From an uncultured Verrucomicrobiae bacterium (GTDB lineage Bacteria; Verrucomicrobiota; Verrucomicrobiia; Limisphaerales; JAFGQR01), in contig CAWBHS010000087.1 of the NCBI GenBank assembly GCA_963788655.1, positions 32,001-96,000 on the forward strand: a stretch of 64,000 bases of DNA, read 5' to 3'. The notes under the pieces were generated by a model that saw only the letters and a program-made list of their open reading frames with translations, searched no databases and was not told the origin of the DNA. Below, one piece after another: positions 43,821 through 54,248 of the stretch (positions within the stretch are counted from its first letter, which is position 1; the number at the start of each line of letters is the position of its first letter). Made by a program: the position numbers and the translations under genes.

Positions 43821-44234
43821 ATGCGCATGCGACCGCCCTTTCAGTTTATGCCGCCGCTGGGGCCGCCCAAGCCCAGCGCGCGCCAACGGGTACTGGCCGA
43901 TTGGCGGGGTGTCGATTTGACTCCCCGGGAAAAGGAGAACGAGCATTCGGCGCAAGCGGTGAAGAATGTCATGACGCACGTGCTCAAGTCGCTGCGTATG
44001 GATCAACGGCGGGCAGAAGCGGAAATTGTCCGCGTCTGGAATCACCTGATCGACCCCCTCATCACCGCGCACGCGCAGCCCGTCGGCTTGGCCAAAGGCA
44101 CCTTGTTCGTCAATGTGGACAGTAATGTCTGGCTGGCGGAGATTGTGCAGTATCGCCGGCGTGAAATTTTGGACCGGCTGAAAAACAGCTTCGGGCGCGA
44201 ACTGATCCGGAAGATTTCTTTCCGCGTGGGCTGA
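43821..44234 (+). CDS. DUF721/DciA-family protein
   Basis: IVRVWNHLIDPLITAHAQPVGLAKGTLFVNVDSNVWLAE..IRKISFRVG. Confidence 0.75.
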   Translation: MRMRPPFQFMPPLGPPKPSARQRVLADWRGVDLTPREKENEHSAQAVKNVMTHVLKSLRMDQRRAEAEIVRVWNHLIDPLITAHAQPVGLAKGTLFVNVDSNVWLAEIVQYRRREILDRLKNSFGRELIRKISFRVG

Positions 44235-44640
44235 AGAAAATCCGAAATCCGAGGACCGAAATCCGAGCGAAGACCGAAGGCCGTATTGAACCGCAGAGAG
44301 CGCACAGAACGCAGAAAAGAGTGGGCGTTGGGCGGCGGGAATGTCTTCGTTCGTGAATTGAAATCCTGGAGCTTATCCAATTCCGTTTTTTGTGATCTTG
44401 ACGTTCTTTGCGGCTGATCAACTTCGTTGCCCGCACAAAGCCGGGAAGCGTGGAAGCGACGGAGAAGTTGCTGCTCCGCTGGGTTTGGAATTGACATTGT
44501 CATCCTGTTCGTTTTTTCTCGTTCACGTTATGGGAAGATACTTTCTGGCGATTGGCGTGAGGGCTAAGTTGAATTCTGCCTGACTCCATTAATCGACCGG
44601 TGGTTCCGCTGACAGAGTGTCAAGTGAGCGTCCGAACATT

Positions 44641-45123
44641 ATGAAAACGTGCAGCTATTGCAGCCTGGAGAATCCCGACGATCAAACTCAGTGCATAACT
44701 TGTCACACCGCTTTGGACGCGCCATCATCAGCGCGGCGGGAATTGATGATCCAATTTCAAAGTCAATCCTTTGCCCTGGCGATCTTCCATTTGGTTTGCC
44801 AGACCATCATTGCCCTCTTCGTTTCTTGGCTCCATGGATACTATTGGTATTGGATTATTCCGTTGTGCCAATTACTTGTGCTTCCTCGCGTCAATAAGCA
44901 ATCTTGGGTGATTATCGACGAGGCCGGAGTTAAAGAGGGAGACCGGATTCACGTTTTGTGGACTGAGATCGAGTCGTTGGCCAAACGAGGTTGGACTCGC
45001 GCAGTGTTTAACATGCGAGATGGTCGGAGAAAGAGCCTATCCACGTTTGACTGGCCGGCCGAGAAGAGAGATCAATTCTACGAGTTCCTGGAACACAAAA
45101 TATCGATGGGCTGCAGGTTATGA
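44641..45123 (+). CDS. Hypothetical membrane protein with N-terminal zinc ribbon
   Basis: CSYC..ENPD..CITC; two hydrophobic segments. Confidence 0.6.
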   Translation: MKTCSYCSLENPDDQTQCITCHTALDAPSSARRELMIQFQSQSFALAIFHLVCQTIIALFVSWLHGYYWYWIIPLCQLLVLPRVNKQSWVIIDEAGVKEGDRIHVLWTEIESLAKRGWTRAVFNMRDGRRKSLSTFDWPAEKRDQFYEFLEHKISMGCRL

Positions 45124-45453
45124 AAAAGTACCTGGGGAACCATCCTATTGACAGCGCTTGCCTCTAACCTGATCTGGTTTGGGGTTGTGGCTTGCTGGGT
45201 CTGTTTTCAAGGCGCATCGACAGTTACCAAGGAATCAGAGTCCAACAGTGCCGCACTCGATGCCGACGTTCGCGCTCTGGAATCAAACAATTGGGGACTG
45301 TTTGTGGTGCGGGGCGCCAGTACGCAGAGTTTCATGTTCACGTATCGAGAAACGGGATCGACGCCCACCAACTTTGTGGCCACCAACCGGATCATGCAAA
45401 CGTTGCAACTTCATGACGGACAGGAGTTCAGCGTCACCGTCAAAAAGCTTTGA
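45120..45453 (+). CDS. Small hypothetical membrane-anchored protein (homopolymer frameshift after the ATG)
   Basis: ATGA overlap with the upstream gene; removing one A gives MKSTWGTILLTALASNLIW... Confidence 0.5.
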
Positions 45454-45678
45454 GCCCAATGCATGGCAAGGGAATGGAGGCAAGGGAATCAGAACTGTGG
45501 ATTAACCTTTTGGCCCTGCAAAACCCCGTTAGCCCGAGGAGTCCGGCTACGTGAGCTAATCTTGAAAAAACGTTAGTGAACAGACGACGTCTCTCACTTT
45601 GCCCAACCGTCCGCAACATTTCGCATCCGGCATCCGGCATCGGGCATCAGGCATCCAGTATCTGTAATCCCTTCCGCC

Positions 45679-47379
45679 TCACGCCCGAAACAACTGCCCC
45701 ATCTTCCTGCCCAAAATCCGGCCCGCCACCAGGAGGCTGACCACCAGAATGATCATACCCACAACGCCCAGGGCACACGCCACGCTGGGCGCGTTGGGCT
45801 CGATGCGGCCCATGAGTTGGTAAATCATTTTGGTGATCGGGAAATACTGTTCTTTCATGGCCAGGATGAGTCCATCGCTGACTTCGAGCATGGCAAACGA
45901 AAAGGTCAGGATGGTGCCGGCGATGAGATTGGCCATCACCAGCGGGAGGGTGATGCGCCACAATGTTCGGAGCGGCGAGGCTCCCAGATTGGCCGAGGCT
46001 TCCTCCAACGTCACACTGGTTTGTTGGAATCCTGCGTAGGCGGAGCGGACAATATACGGCAAGCGCCGCACGCTGTAACTGACGATGAGCAGCAGTGTGG
46101 GGTTGTCCCGGGGATTGAGCCAGGCGAGATCAAAGTCAAACGCCGCCACGTAGCCAAAGGCCAGCACGATGCCCGGCAACGCCAGCGGTAGCATGGCCAA
46201 TGCATCCAATAGGTTGGCGAAGGGAATCCGCCGACGCGTCAGCAACCAGGCGATCACCACACCGAGCCCCAAATCCAGCAGCGCGCTGAAGCTCGAGTAG
46301 AACAGACTGTTGCGCACGCTCGAAGCCGTCAAACCGTGCCCCACCACCTCGCCGTAATAGGCGGTGGTCCATTGCGTGGGCAAAATGCTGAAGAACCAAT
46401 GGGCCGAAAACGATTGCACGATCACCATGAAATGCGGCAGCAAGGCCACGGTGATGATCGCCAACAGGAACGCCCAAATCGCGAAGGTTTGACCACGGCT
46501 GGCCGGAGCTTCAGTCCCCAACGTGTGGCCGCGCGCCAACATCTCGTAGCGTTTGCCGGCCAGAAATTTTTTGCTCACCAGGAACAACGCCACCGTCAGC
46601 ACCAGCACAAATACCACAAGGGCATACCCCATGGGATTGGTGTTCATCGCGTTTACGGCATCGAAGATTTGCACCGGCACCACGCGCGAAAAACCGAAGA
46701 TCAGCGGTGTCCCCAAATCCGTGAACGCCCAGATGAACACGATGATGGCCCCGGCAAAGTAACCGGGCAGGATCAGCGGCAGGGTGATGGTTCGGAACAG
46801 CCGCCAACTACCGGCCCCCAGGTTTTGCGCCGCCTCGCGCAGGGCTGGATCGACGTTGGCCATGGCGGCGGACAAGTTCAGGAACATGATGGGATAGAGG
46901 TTAAGCACCTGCAGCATCACAATGCCCCAGAACCCGCCTTGTCCCAGCCAGTCGATAGGCTGGTTTTCTGGCAGCAGGCCGAGCTTCATCAACCACAAAT
47001 TGGCCGAGCCGAACCGCGCGAACAATTGACGCAAACCAATGGCGCCCACAAACGGCGGCATGATCATCGGGACGAGCAGCAGACTGCTCAGCAGCGCTTT
47101 ACCGCGGAAATTGAACCGCGTGAGCAACTGGGCCATGGGCAACGCCAGCAGCGTCGTGAACCCCGTGGTCAGCGTGGCGATCAGGAAACTATTCAACAGC
47201 GCTTCGCGCTGCAGCGGGCTGGTAAGCAGCAATTGGAAGTATTGCAGGCTGAAGCGCCCGTTGTTGACGAACGCTCCCTTGAGCAGCAAACCCACCGGGT
47301 AAAACAGGAACGTGCCAAAGAACAACACCAAGCCGCCCAGGAACAGCCAGGTTCTGAAATTCAGGTCATAGCGCTTCAT
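45679..47379 (-). CDS. Fe3+/thiamine-type ABC transporter permease (two fused BPD_transp_1 domains)
   Basis: EAAQNLGA and EEASANLGASP EAA loops; many transmembrane helices. Confidence 0.88.
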   Translation of the reverse strand: MKRYDLNFRTWLFLGGLVLFFGTFLFYPVGLLLKGAFVNNGRFSLQYFQLLLTSPLQREALLNSFLIATLTTGFTTLLALPMAQLLTRFNFRGKALLSSLLLVPMIMPPFVGAIGLRQLFARFGSANLWLMKLGLLPENQPIDWLGQGGFWGIVMLQVLNLYPIMFLNLSAAMANVDPALREAAQNLGAGSWRLFRTITLPLILPGYFAGAIIVFIWAFTDLGTPLIFGFSRVVPVQIFDAVNAMNTNPMGYALVVFVLVLTVALFLVSKKFLAGKRYEMLARGHTLGTEAPASRGQTFAIWAFLLAIITVALLPHFMVIVQSFSAHWFFSILPTQWTTAYYGEVVGHGLTASSVRNSLFYSSFSALLDLGLGVVIAWLLTRRRIPFANLLDALAMLPLALPGIVLAFGYVAAFDFDLAWLNPRDNPTLLLIVSYSVRRLPYIVRSAYAGFQQTSVTLEEASANLGASPLRTLWRITLPLVMANLIAGTILTFSFAMLEVSDGLILAMKEQYFPITKMIYQLMGRIEPNAPSVACALGVVGMIILVVSLLVAGRILGRKMGQLFRA

Positions 47380-47459
47380 CAGGTCGTGCGTCGGCGGTCC
47401 GAATTGTGTCGCGGTCAGTTCACCGGTTTGGCGCCGGCCTGGCAATCGGAAAGGGAGAC

Positions 47460-47720
47460 AAAATCCGAAGGCCGAAATCCGAGATCCGAAAGAGGCCCCT
47501 TAGCTTATATCTGAACCAGAGCGCACCATGCAGCATTGGGAAAGCTACCATTCACCGCAAAGACACGAAGGGCGCCAAGGTTGTGAAGGCAGAACCATTG
47601 CGCCCTTCCTGTCTTTGCGGTGAAAAGGAGCCTACGATGTGCAGGGGCCGGACCCCCTTGGATTTCAGGTCTTCGGTCTTAGGGCCTCTTTCGGATCTGG
47701 ATTTCGGTCTGCGGATTTTC
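47460..47720. repeat. Nested inverted repeats
   Basis: Outer AAATCCG..CCGAAAGAGGCCC / GGGCCTCTTTCGG..CGGATTTT; inner TTCACCGCAAAGAC..AAGGGCGC / GCGCCCTT..GTCTTTGCGGTGAA. Confidence 0.75.
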
Positions 47721-47804
47721 AGCCGTTCTTGGATTGTCAGCCCAGGCTCAATTGATAACCTCCCAGCCGATGCACAACGAATTCAACCTTCCATTCCCAA
47801 ACGT

Positions 47805-48512
47805 ATGAAACGAACCATTCCATCCTCTTCGGTAACGGCGCTGCGGGTGTTTGTCCTCGTCGCGGCGACAGTGTGGGTGCAAGCTCCAGCCTGGGGCGGT
47901 TCCCCGGCGCGCGAGCACGTGCGCGAGATGCTGCACAACGCCGACCAGCAACTGCTCCTGGCCCAATACCAGGAATTGCGCATGTCGATCTTCCATCATG
48001 AAATCGATCTGGACACCGCACGAATCAAGATGCAGTTCACCGCCAACCCGGAACAAAAAGCGCAAATCGACAAGGAAGCTGCCATGACCCACGAGGGCGT
48101 CCGATTGTTACACAACCGGCTGGAAGAGATTCGCCGACAATTGCTTGAACAGTCCGATCAGAGCCAGTTGCAGGGCAAATGGGCCGGCAAAGAATGGGTG
48201 AGCAAGGAACAGCCCTCTTCAGACGCGGTGCAACTGGCAGTTGAAGGCGAGCGGGCCGAAGTTCGCATTCCGTCGCGGGATGAATGGTTCCGGGGAACCA
48301 TCAAACTTGGCGAAGCCCGCGGACAACCGTCGCTCGCCTTTCACATCGAAGAGTCCTCGGTACCCGATACCGTTGGGCAAACGGTGAATGCCCTATTCAA
48401 ATTGGAAGGGAACCAGTTGGTTCTCGCGGCCAATAAGCCGGGCATGCCCGAGCCACCGGAACAACTCGAGCCGTCCGGAGCGACACGGCTGTTTGTGTTC
48501 GAGAGGCAATAG
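47805..48512 (+). CDS. Secreted hypothetical protein: coiled coil + TIGR03067-like C-terminal domain
   Basis: Signal peptide; LQGKW..ALFKLEGNQLVLA..PG..P. Confidence 0.6.
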   Translation: MKRTIPSSSVTALRVFVLVAATVWVQAPAWGGSPAREHVREMLHNADQQLLLAQYQELRMSIFHHEIDLDTARIKMQFTANPEQKAQIDKEAAMTHEGVRLLHNRLEEIRRQLLEQSDQSQLQGKWAGKEWVSKEQPSSDAVQLAVEGERAEVRIPSRDEWFRGTIKLGEARGQPSLAFHIEESSVPDTVGQTVNALFKLEGNQLVLAANKPGMPEPPEQLEPSGATRLFVFERQ

Positions 48513-48683
48513 GCTGGCCAGAGCAAGCCCCTCATTCATCGAATCAAGCTGCGGTCGGCTCTGCCTGCTCCTGCTCATACTCTTGCTCCTGCTCTTATCG
48601 GTCGTTTGAGTAAGAGCAAGAGCAGGAGCAAGTTCTCAACGGATCATGCGGCGCCTACCACGCCAGATAAACGGACGCGCCGC

Positions 48684-50034
48684 TCAAGCTTCCGGATACT
48701 CCCAGCCTTGGCGATAGGTGCGGCGGAGCAATTGGTTGGCGGCGGCATCGTTTACGCACTCTTCCTTCGCGCCGTCCCATTGAATGCTGCGGCCCAGTTT
48801 GTAGCTCAGCATGCCGAGCAGACTCAGGTTCGTGGAGTAGTGAATCTCCTCGATGTCGCACACAGGCTTGGCCCCAGTAGGAATGCACTTCAGGAAGTCC
48901 GCCCAAAGTTCTTTGATGTTTTGCTGATCGGGCTCGTGCAACGTGGGTTCCTCGTGCAACTCGGATTGTCCTCGGCCGACCGGATAAAACGTCCAGCCCT
49001 TGCGCCAGCCGATGTGCATCGTGCCTTTCTCGCCGTAGAACAGGCAGCCCACGTTCTCGTTCTTCTCGGAGTTGTTGCCGGCAAATTGGCGGTGTTCCCA
49101 GGTGACGTCGAAGCCGTCAAATTTGTAGGTGGCAAGCTGGTGATCCGGCGCGTCGGTGGTTTGCTCGGTGGCGGTCAGGATCGGGCGGACCTTTGATCGG
49201 ACGGCCGCCGGTGGAAAACACTGCCTGGGGCCATTTCACGTCCATGATCCACAGGATCTGGTCCAGCCAGTGAACGCCCCAGTCGCCCAGCGTGCCGTTG
49301 GCGTAATCCAGGTACATCCGGAAACCGCGCGGATGAATAGCGCCACTCCAGGGATTGGCCGGATCGCCGTTAAACGGGCGTAGGGGGGCTGGTCCGCACC
49401 AAAGGTCCCAATTCAGTTCCTTGGGCGGTTCCTGGTTCTTTTTGGGCGTCTCGGGACCGCCGCCGTAATGCACGAAGGCGCGGATCATGCCCACCTTGCC
49501 GAGCTTGCCGGAGCGGATGAATTCGCGCCCGCTGATGTTGTGCGGCGACACGCGGCGATGCGTGCCCACCTGCACGACTTTGCCCGTGGTGCGCGCGGCC
49601 TTCACCATCGCGCGACCTTCCTTGATGGTATGACCGACGGGCTTCTCCACATACACGTGTGCTCCCGCCTTGACGGCCGCGATGGTGATCAACGGGTGCC
49701 AGTGGTCCGGCGTGGCGACGATGGCGATGTCCGGTTTAATCTTGTCAAGCAATTCGCGGTAATCCTGGAAAACCTGCGGGTCGGCGCCGGAGTCTTTCTT
49801 CACCCGCGCGCGCGTCTTGTTGAGGAATCGTTGGTCCACGTCGCACAAGGCAACAATCGGACAGACGCCGCTCGCCATGGCTTCACCCAGGATGTTGTTT
49901 CCCCACCACCCGCAACCAATCAGCGCGGTGCGATATTTCCGTGCTGGCGCCTCCGCCCCCAAAATGGGCAGGCCTGAAAACGCAAGGCCGGCGGCAGCGG
50001 TGGATTTGAGGAAATTGCGGCGGTTCATGTTCAT
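48684..50034 (-). CDS. Tat-exported Gfo/Idh/MocA oxidoreductase (frameshift near 49190)
   Basis: NRRNFLK; LIGCGWWG; ATPDHWH; YVEKP; WDLWCGPAP; DWGVHWLD. Confidence 0.9.
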
Positions 50035-50294
50035 AACAGCTTGGATTGTTAGGACGACGCCTCCAAATGGCAATGGAAAACCAAAAGGCGCCAATAGGCC
50101 ACGACATCAGGATCATAACGGATGGATTCAATCGGCGTCGCTCGGCATGTGAATGCGGCTTTTGGGTTCGGGGTGATTCGAAAGCGGCAGAGGACTGCCG
50201 CACTCCAAGACTTGGCGGAAATTCGGCCCGTTCGGCAGTGGCGCCAGCCCTTGCGCGGATTTCCAAGCTGCTGTATCGCCAGCCGCAAAAACTC

Positions 50295-50576
50295 CTAAAA
50301 GTACCGCTCCACAATCCAACGGGCCAGACTGGTGCCCAGCAGCGTGCCAAACGCGCCGGTAGCGGCGAGTCCGAACCACGACAGGAGGTATCCCAGCACC
50401 AGGTAACGGTGGGCCGCATTCCATTCGTCGCCGGCCTGCCGCCGGGTGCGGGCGTGTTCTTGCCAGGCGAGCATCGCCGCCGGCAAACCTAACAACGGCA
50501 CCAGACTCAGCACCCCGAGGGCAAAACAGCGGAGCGAGCCTTCAATCAAACGGATGCGGTGCTGAGGTCCACTCAT
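50295..50576 (-). CDS. Small membrane protein (DUF4190-like)
   Basis: Two transmembrane helices; last gene of the pilin cluster. Confidence 0.6.
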   Translation of the reverse strand: MSGPQHRIRLIEGSLRCFALGVLSLVPLLGLPAAMLAWQEHARTRRQAGDEWNAAHRYLVLGYLLSWFGLAATGAFGTLLGTSLARWIVERYF

Positions 50577-50591
50577 TTTGGTTCGGTTGCG

Positions 50592-50858
50592 TTACCGGGC
50601 CAACCCGTAAACCGCGAAAGACGTTTCCGGCATTTGATAGCCAGGGTTGCTTCCGACTGCGTTCGCGACGGCATTGGTGGTCGCAAATTTTCGGAGCTGC
50701 TTTTGTTCGATCAGCTTCAATTCCTGTTTCAACGAGTAAAGAATCCGGTTGTTGACGACGATGAACACACCCATTACCGCCAACAGCATGAAAACAATCA
50801 ATACCGCCGAACCGGCTTGGCGGCGGGGGGAATGGGGAGATGCGATTTGTAGTTTCAT
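50592..50858 (-). CDS. PilX/GspK-like minor pilin
   Basis: RRQAG|SAVLIVFMLL class III signal without E5; ATGA overlap with the upstream pilin. Confidence 0.65.
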   Translation of the reverse strand: MKLQIASPHSPRRQAGSAVLIVFMLLAVMGVFIVVNNRILYSLKQELKLIEQKQLRKFATTNAVANAVGSNPGYQMPETSFAVYGLAR

Positions 50859-51562
50859 GGTTTTGCTGACGTTGCGGGCACGGCCAGGAAGCTGAAGACC
50901 GGTTTCACCCGTGCGACTTTTTGGGCGCGCTGCAATTGGACTTCCCAACGCCAGGCAGTCACGTGGTGGCGGGAGTCTTTGACCATTTCCGATTTGGCGA
51001 CGCGCGTCAGGAATTCCACCCAGGGACGCTGCTCCCCGGCGCTCCGCCAAACCGTGTCGTCAAGCAGCACATAAGCGATTTCGTTATCCGTGTGCGGGAC
51101 GTGAAGTTCCGGACCGTTTGGCGTCTGGACCCATCGCATCGGCCCAGTCGCCTGGCGAATATCCTCACGCCACAGTTCGCCGGCTTCCATTGTGCGGGTG
51201 ATGTCTTCAGCGTTTCGTTCGAGGTAGGTATTTTGTTTATAGACTCGATAAAAGGCGGCGAAGGCCAGCCCCAGCAGGACCAACAACGCCGCGATATAGA
51301 CCAGGCATTCGATCAGTAAAAAACCGCGAGCCGTTCTGGTTCTGCCAGGCCGTAACGATTCAGTAGGACTGGCGTCCCGCCTGTCTCGAATGGAAGTAAA
51401 CCAACCAATTGCATTAGGTCGCCGAGACTTTTGCAGCGTCACCAAAAAGTGAGGCAAGCCCTGGGCTTTTCGGGACAGGCGAGACGCTTGTCCTACCTGA
51501 CCCAGTCGTCCCGTCCCTGGTCCTCGCACCGAATCGTTACGACCAGGAGAGTTCCTCCTCAT
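50855..51562 (-). CDS. Prepilin (GspJ-like) with a MITE in its leader
   Basis: ARG|FLLIECLVYIAALL; ATG 51562 overlaps the upstream TGA. Confidence 0.8.
   Translation of the reverse strand: MRRNSPGRNDSVRGPGTGRLGQVGQASRLSRKAQGLPHFLVTLQKSRRPNAIGWFTSIRDRRDASPTESLRPGRTRTARGFLLIECLVYIAALLVLLGLAFAAFYRVYKQNTYLERNAEDITRTMEAGELWREDIRQATGPMRWVQTPNGPELHVPHTDNEIAYVLLDDTVWRSAGEQRPWVEFLTRVAKSEMVKDSRHHVTAWRWEVQLQRAQKVARVKPVFSFLAVPATSAKP
51350..51542. mobile_element. 193-bp MITE copy 3, flanked by CCAGG direct repeats, in frame within the prepilin
   Basis: CGTAACGATTC / GAATCGTTACG inverted ends; same internal REP pair as copies 1 and 2; CCAGG at 51345-51349 and 51543-51547. Confidence 0.82.
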
Positions 51563-51993
51563 CGGATCCTCCATTCCCGTTGGACGCCGCGGCCCTTGCC
51601 TTTTTGCGCCGGACGCCACTCCAAGCGGACGAGCTGTTTGGTGCGCGTCAACACCAACTGGCCGGGCGGCAGATTGGTCGCCGCGGCGCTCGTGGTGTGA
51701 TACACGTGTTCCCCATCGTCAAATGCCTGCCATTCGCCGGCGGCCAGGATTTCCATCTCGCCATCGACAATCTCCATGGCCACCGCGTCGTAGTAGTACG
51801 CCCGGCACATTTTCATTTCCTGGAAAAAGATGAACGACATCGGAATCAGCGCCAGGGCGATGATGCCCATGGCAATGATGAGTTCGGTAATCAAGAGCCC
51901 GCGTTGCCGGAGGTTGCAACGGCGGCTTTGGCGACTGAAGTCGAGAATGTTACTGGTCTTCGGGACGATCATGGATGGAATTGAAATGTGCAT
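51559..51993 (-). CDS. Prepilin (GspI/PilV-like)
   Basis: RQRG|LLITELIIAMGII; TAATG overlap with the upstream gspF-like gene. Confidence 0.75.
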   Translation of the reverse strand: MHISIPSMIVPKTSNILDFSRQSRRCNLRQRGLLITELIIAMGIIALALIPMSFIFFQEMKMCRAYYYDAVAMEIVDGEMEILAAGEWQAFDDGEHVYHTTSAAATNLPPGQLVLTRTKQLVRLEWRPAQKGKGRGVQREWRIR

Positions 51994-53189
51994 TACCACA
52001 AAACAGCTTGTTGGAGCAGGTCCACAAAGGTGCCGAACAGGCCCAGGGCCATGAAGCCAACCAGAATCCCGTTGAACACGATTAATCCGGTCGTGAGCAG
52101 TTGCGTGGCCGCCTGTTCCTGCTGGAAGGCTTTGGCTTCGAGGTTTTCCAACCAACCGGACAAAGCGGCCAGGAATCCGGTTTGGCCGTGACGGGCATTG
52201 CGCACCCGCCATTGGAGTTCCTGCGCACGGTCCAGAGACTGGAGGGCCTCGAGCAACGAAGCACCTTCCTCCAGGCGGCGCGTGGCGGTGGCGGCTTGCT
52301 GGATCATCACCCGGTTGTCCGTACATTCGGCAGCCAGGCCGATGGCGGTGCTTTCCGGCACCCCGGCATCCAGCAACGTGGCCAGCATGGCGGCGAAGTC
52401 CCGCTGCAATCGTTTTCGTCGCCACGGCATGCGGATCGCGCCCCAATCCATGATCGGTTGGAGGAAATCGTCGCCCCAGTGCTTCAACCGGGGCCCGATC
52501 GCAAACACGAAGATCAGCAACCACAGGAGCAATGTAAGGCCGATCTCGATCGCGGCCCCCCAAGTGGTCCCGCGGACGACAAAATCCAGGAAAGTAGTTT
52601 CTTCCAAACCCATTTCGTGAGCGATCATCAGGAACTGCGGAAAGATGAAGATCTTCAGGAAAATGAACATGATCGGCAATACCGGCATCACAAAAACCAG
52701 CAGTAATAACAAGTAATTGAGTGCGCTGCGGGTTTGGGAAACCCCGTCGTGGAGCAAGCGCCGGCAGGCCGGCAGGATCTTGCGCAAGTCGCCCAATTGC
52801 GCGCCGGCTTTCAACATGGCAACGATCTGCGGCGGCAGGAGGGATGGCACGCGAACCAGGGCTTCCTCGAACCGCAGTCCGCTTTCAAGGTGCGCCGCCA
52901 GTAAATGGAATCGCGGGCCCACACTCCGCTCGCGGCTGAGCGAAATGCTGACAATCGTTTGCTCGGGCGTGGTTCCGGACTTGAGCCCGATTTCCAACAG
53001 GTCCAACAACAGTCGCGCCCGTTCTTTGCGCCGCAGCGGCAAACTGACGACGTAAAAAACGCCGTAGGGCAACGCCAGCACAAACAGCGAGACGATCAAC
53101 AGGCAAACTGCCAGCAGCCAAAACGCCGCACTGTTGAAGGCTGTCTCGAAGAAGTAGTCCATGTTCGCCAAGTAATCGTTATTGGCCAA
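51993..53189 (-). CDS. GspF/PilC-family platform protein 2
   Basis: LESGLRFEEAL, LPPQIVAMLKAG, FAAMLATLLDAGVP; two T2SSF-like halves. Confidence 0.8.
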   Translation of the reverse strand: MANNDYLANMDYFFETAFNSAAFWLLAVCLLIVSLFVLALPYGVFYVVSLPLRRKERARLLLDLLEIGLKSGTTPEQTIVSISLSRERSVGPRFHLLAAHLESGLRFEEALVRVPSLLPPQIVAMLKAGAQLGDLRKILPACRRLLHDGVSQTRSALNYLLLLLVFVMPVLPIMFIFLKIFIFPQFLMIAHEMGLEETTFLDFVVRGTTWGAAIEIGLTLLLWLLIFVFAIGPRLKHWGDDFLQPIMDWGAIRMPWRRKRLQRDFAAMLATLLDAGVPESTAIGLAAECTDNRVMIQQAATATRRLEEGASLLEALQSLDRAQELQWRVRNARHGQTGFLAALSGWLENLEAKAFQQEQAATQLLTTGLIVFNGILVGFMALGLFGTFVDLLQQAVLW

Positions 53190-53237
53190 TCCAGTTCATA
53201 GTCCAGCAACGCCGGTGATGAAAAAGTTCGTTCCCAT

Positions 53238-54248
53238 TTAAAACATTGGCATCAGCAGCATATTCAGCGTCTGCACGAAACCCATAACGAACGGCAGCAT
53301 CTGCGCGACGATCAACAGCCCCAGCGCGAGGATCGATACGGGCAAGGCCGCGTACAACGCCATTTCGATATGATGCATGGCCCGGCGATAATAAATCTCC
53401 GCGGCGTTGCGCAGTCCGCCGACCCAGTCTTCGCCCGCGCTGGCCACCAGCCACACAAACAGTGGCGGAACGACCTTGCCGCCGGCGGCCAGATCCGGGA
53501 ACCGCGCTTGCCCGGCCGCCAACCGTTCCTGCCAGCGGGCCAGTTCCGGCTCCAACGGTTGTTTGGCTTCGAGGTGCCGCAATAGTTCAAGTGCCTCCCG
53601 GGGTTGGCATCCCTGGCTTAGCAGTAACGCAAAAGCCGCTGCGAATTGAGAAAGGCTGGCTTCCCGAAAGGCCGGGATTCTCCACCGCAACCATCGCCGG
53701 CACGGAGGCACCAACAAGGCCACGAGCAGTCCGACGGTGATTAAGGCAATCAGGGACACCGGCACCCATTGGGCCAGGGGAAACATCAGTTCACTGACGC
53801 TGGATGAGCCTCCCGCATTGAACAGATCGCTCATTACGCCCGGCTCGCCATAGTACAACGCCGTGAACAGGCTCGCCAGGGCGATGGACAGGATTAATGA
53901 AGTCACAAAGACAATCACCGGATAGACCATCAAACCTTTGAGCCGGGTCCAGACCGAATTGACCTGCTGATAGTAATCGCCCAGGAGTAGCAGGACGCCC
54001 GGCAGGTTGTTGCTCGCGATGCCCACGCGCAGCATGGCCACGTAAAACTCCGGCAGCCGCCGCGCCCCCAGCGCCTGTTCCGCCGGCGTGCCTTGAGCCA
54101 GATCGGCTTCGAGTTTTTCCAACTCGGTGCGTAGCGTGCCATGCCGCATGGTCGCGCAGAGCTGTTTCAACGCACCCTCCAGCGGCAGCCCGGACTTGAG
54201 CATGCCGGCCAACTGCTGATTCACAAACGCCAGTTCGTCATATTTCAT
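53238..54248 (-). CDS. GspF/PilC-family platform protein 1
   Basis: QLAGMLKSGLPLEGAL, LPEFYVAMLRVG, LMVYP. Confidence 0.85.
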   Translation of the reverse strand: MKYDELAFVNQQLAGMLKSGLPLEGALKQLCATMRHGTLRTELEKLEADLAQGTPAEQALGARRLPEFYVAMLRVGIASNNLPGVLLLLGDYYQQVNSVWTRLKGLMVYPVIVFVTSLILSIALASLFTALYYGEPGVMSDLFNAGGSSSVSELMFPLAQWVPVSLIALITVGLLVALLVPPCRRWLRWRIPAFREASLSQFAAAFALLLSQGCQPREALELLRHLEAKQPLEPELARWQERLAAGQARFPDLAAGGKVVPPLFVWLVASAGEDWVGGLRNAAEIYYRRAMHHIEMALYAALPVSILALGLLIVAQMLPFVMGFVQTLNMLLMPMF

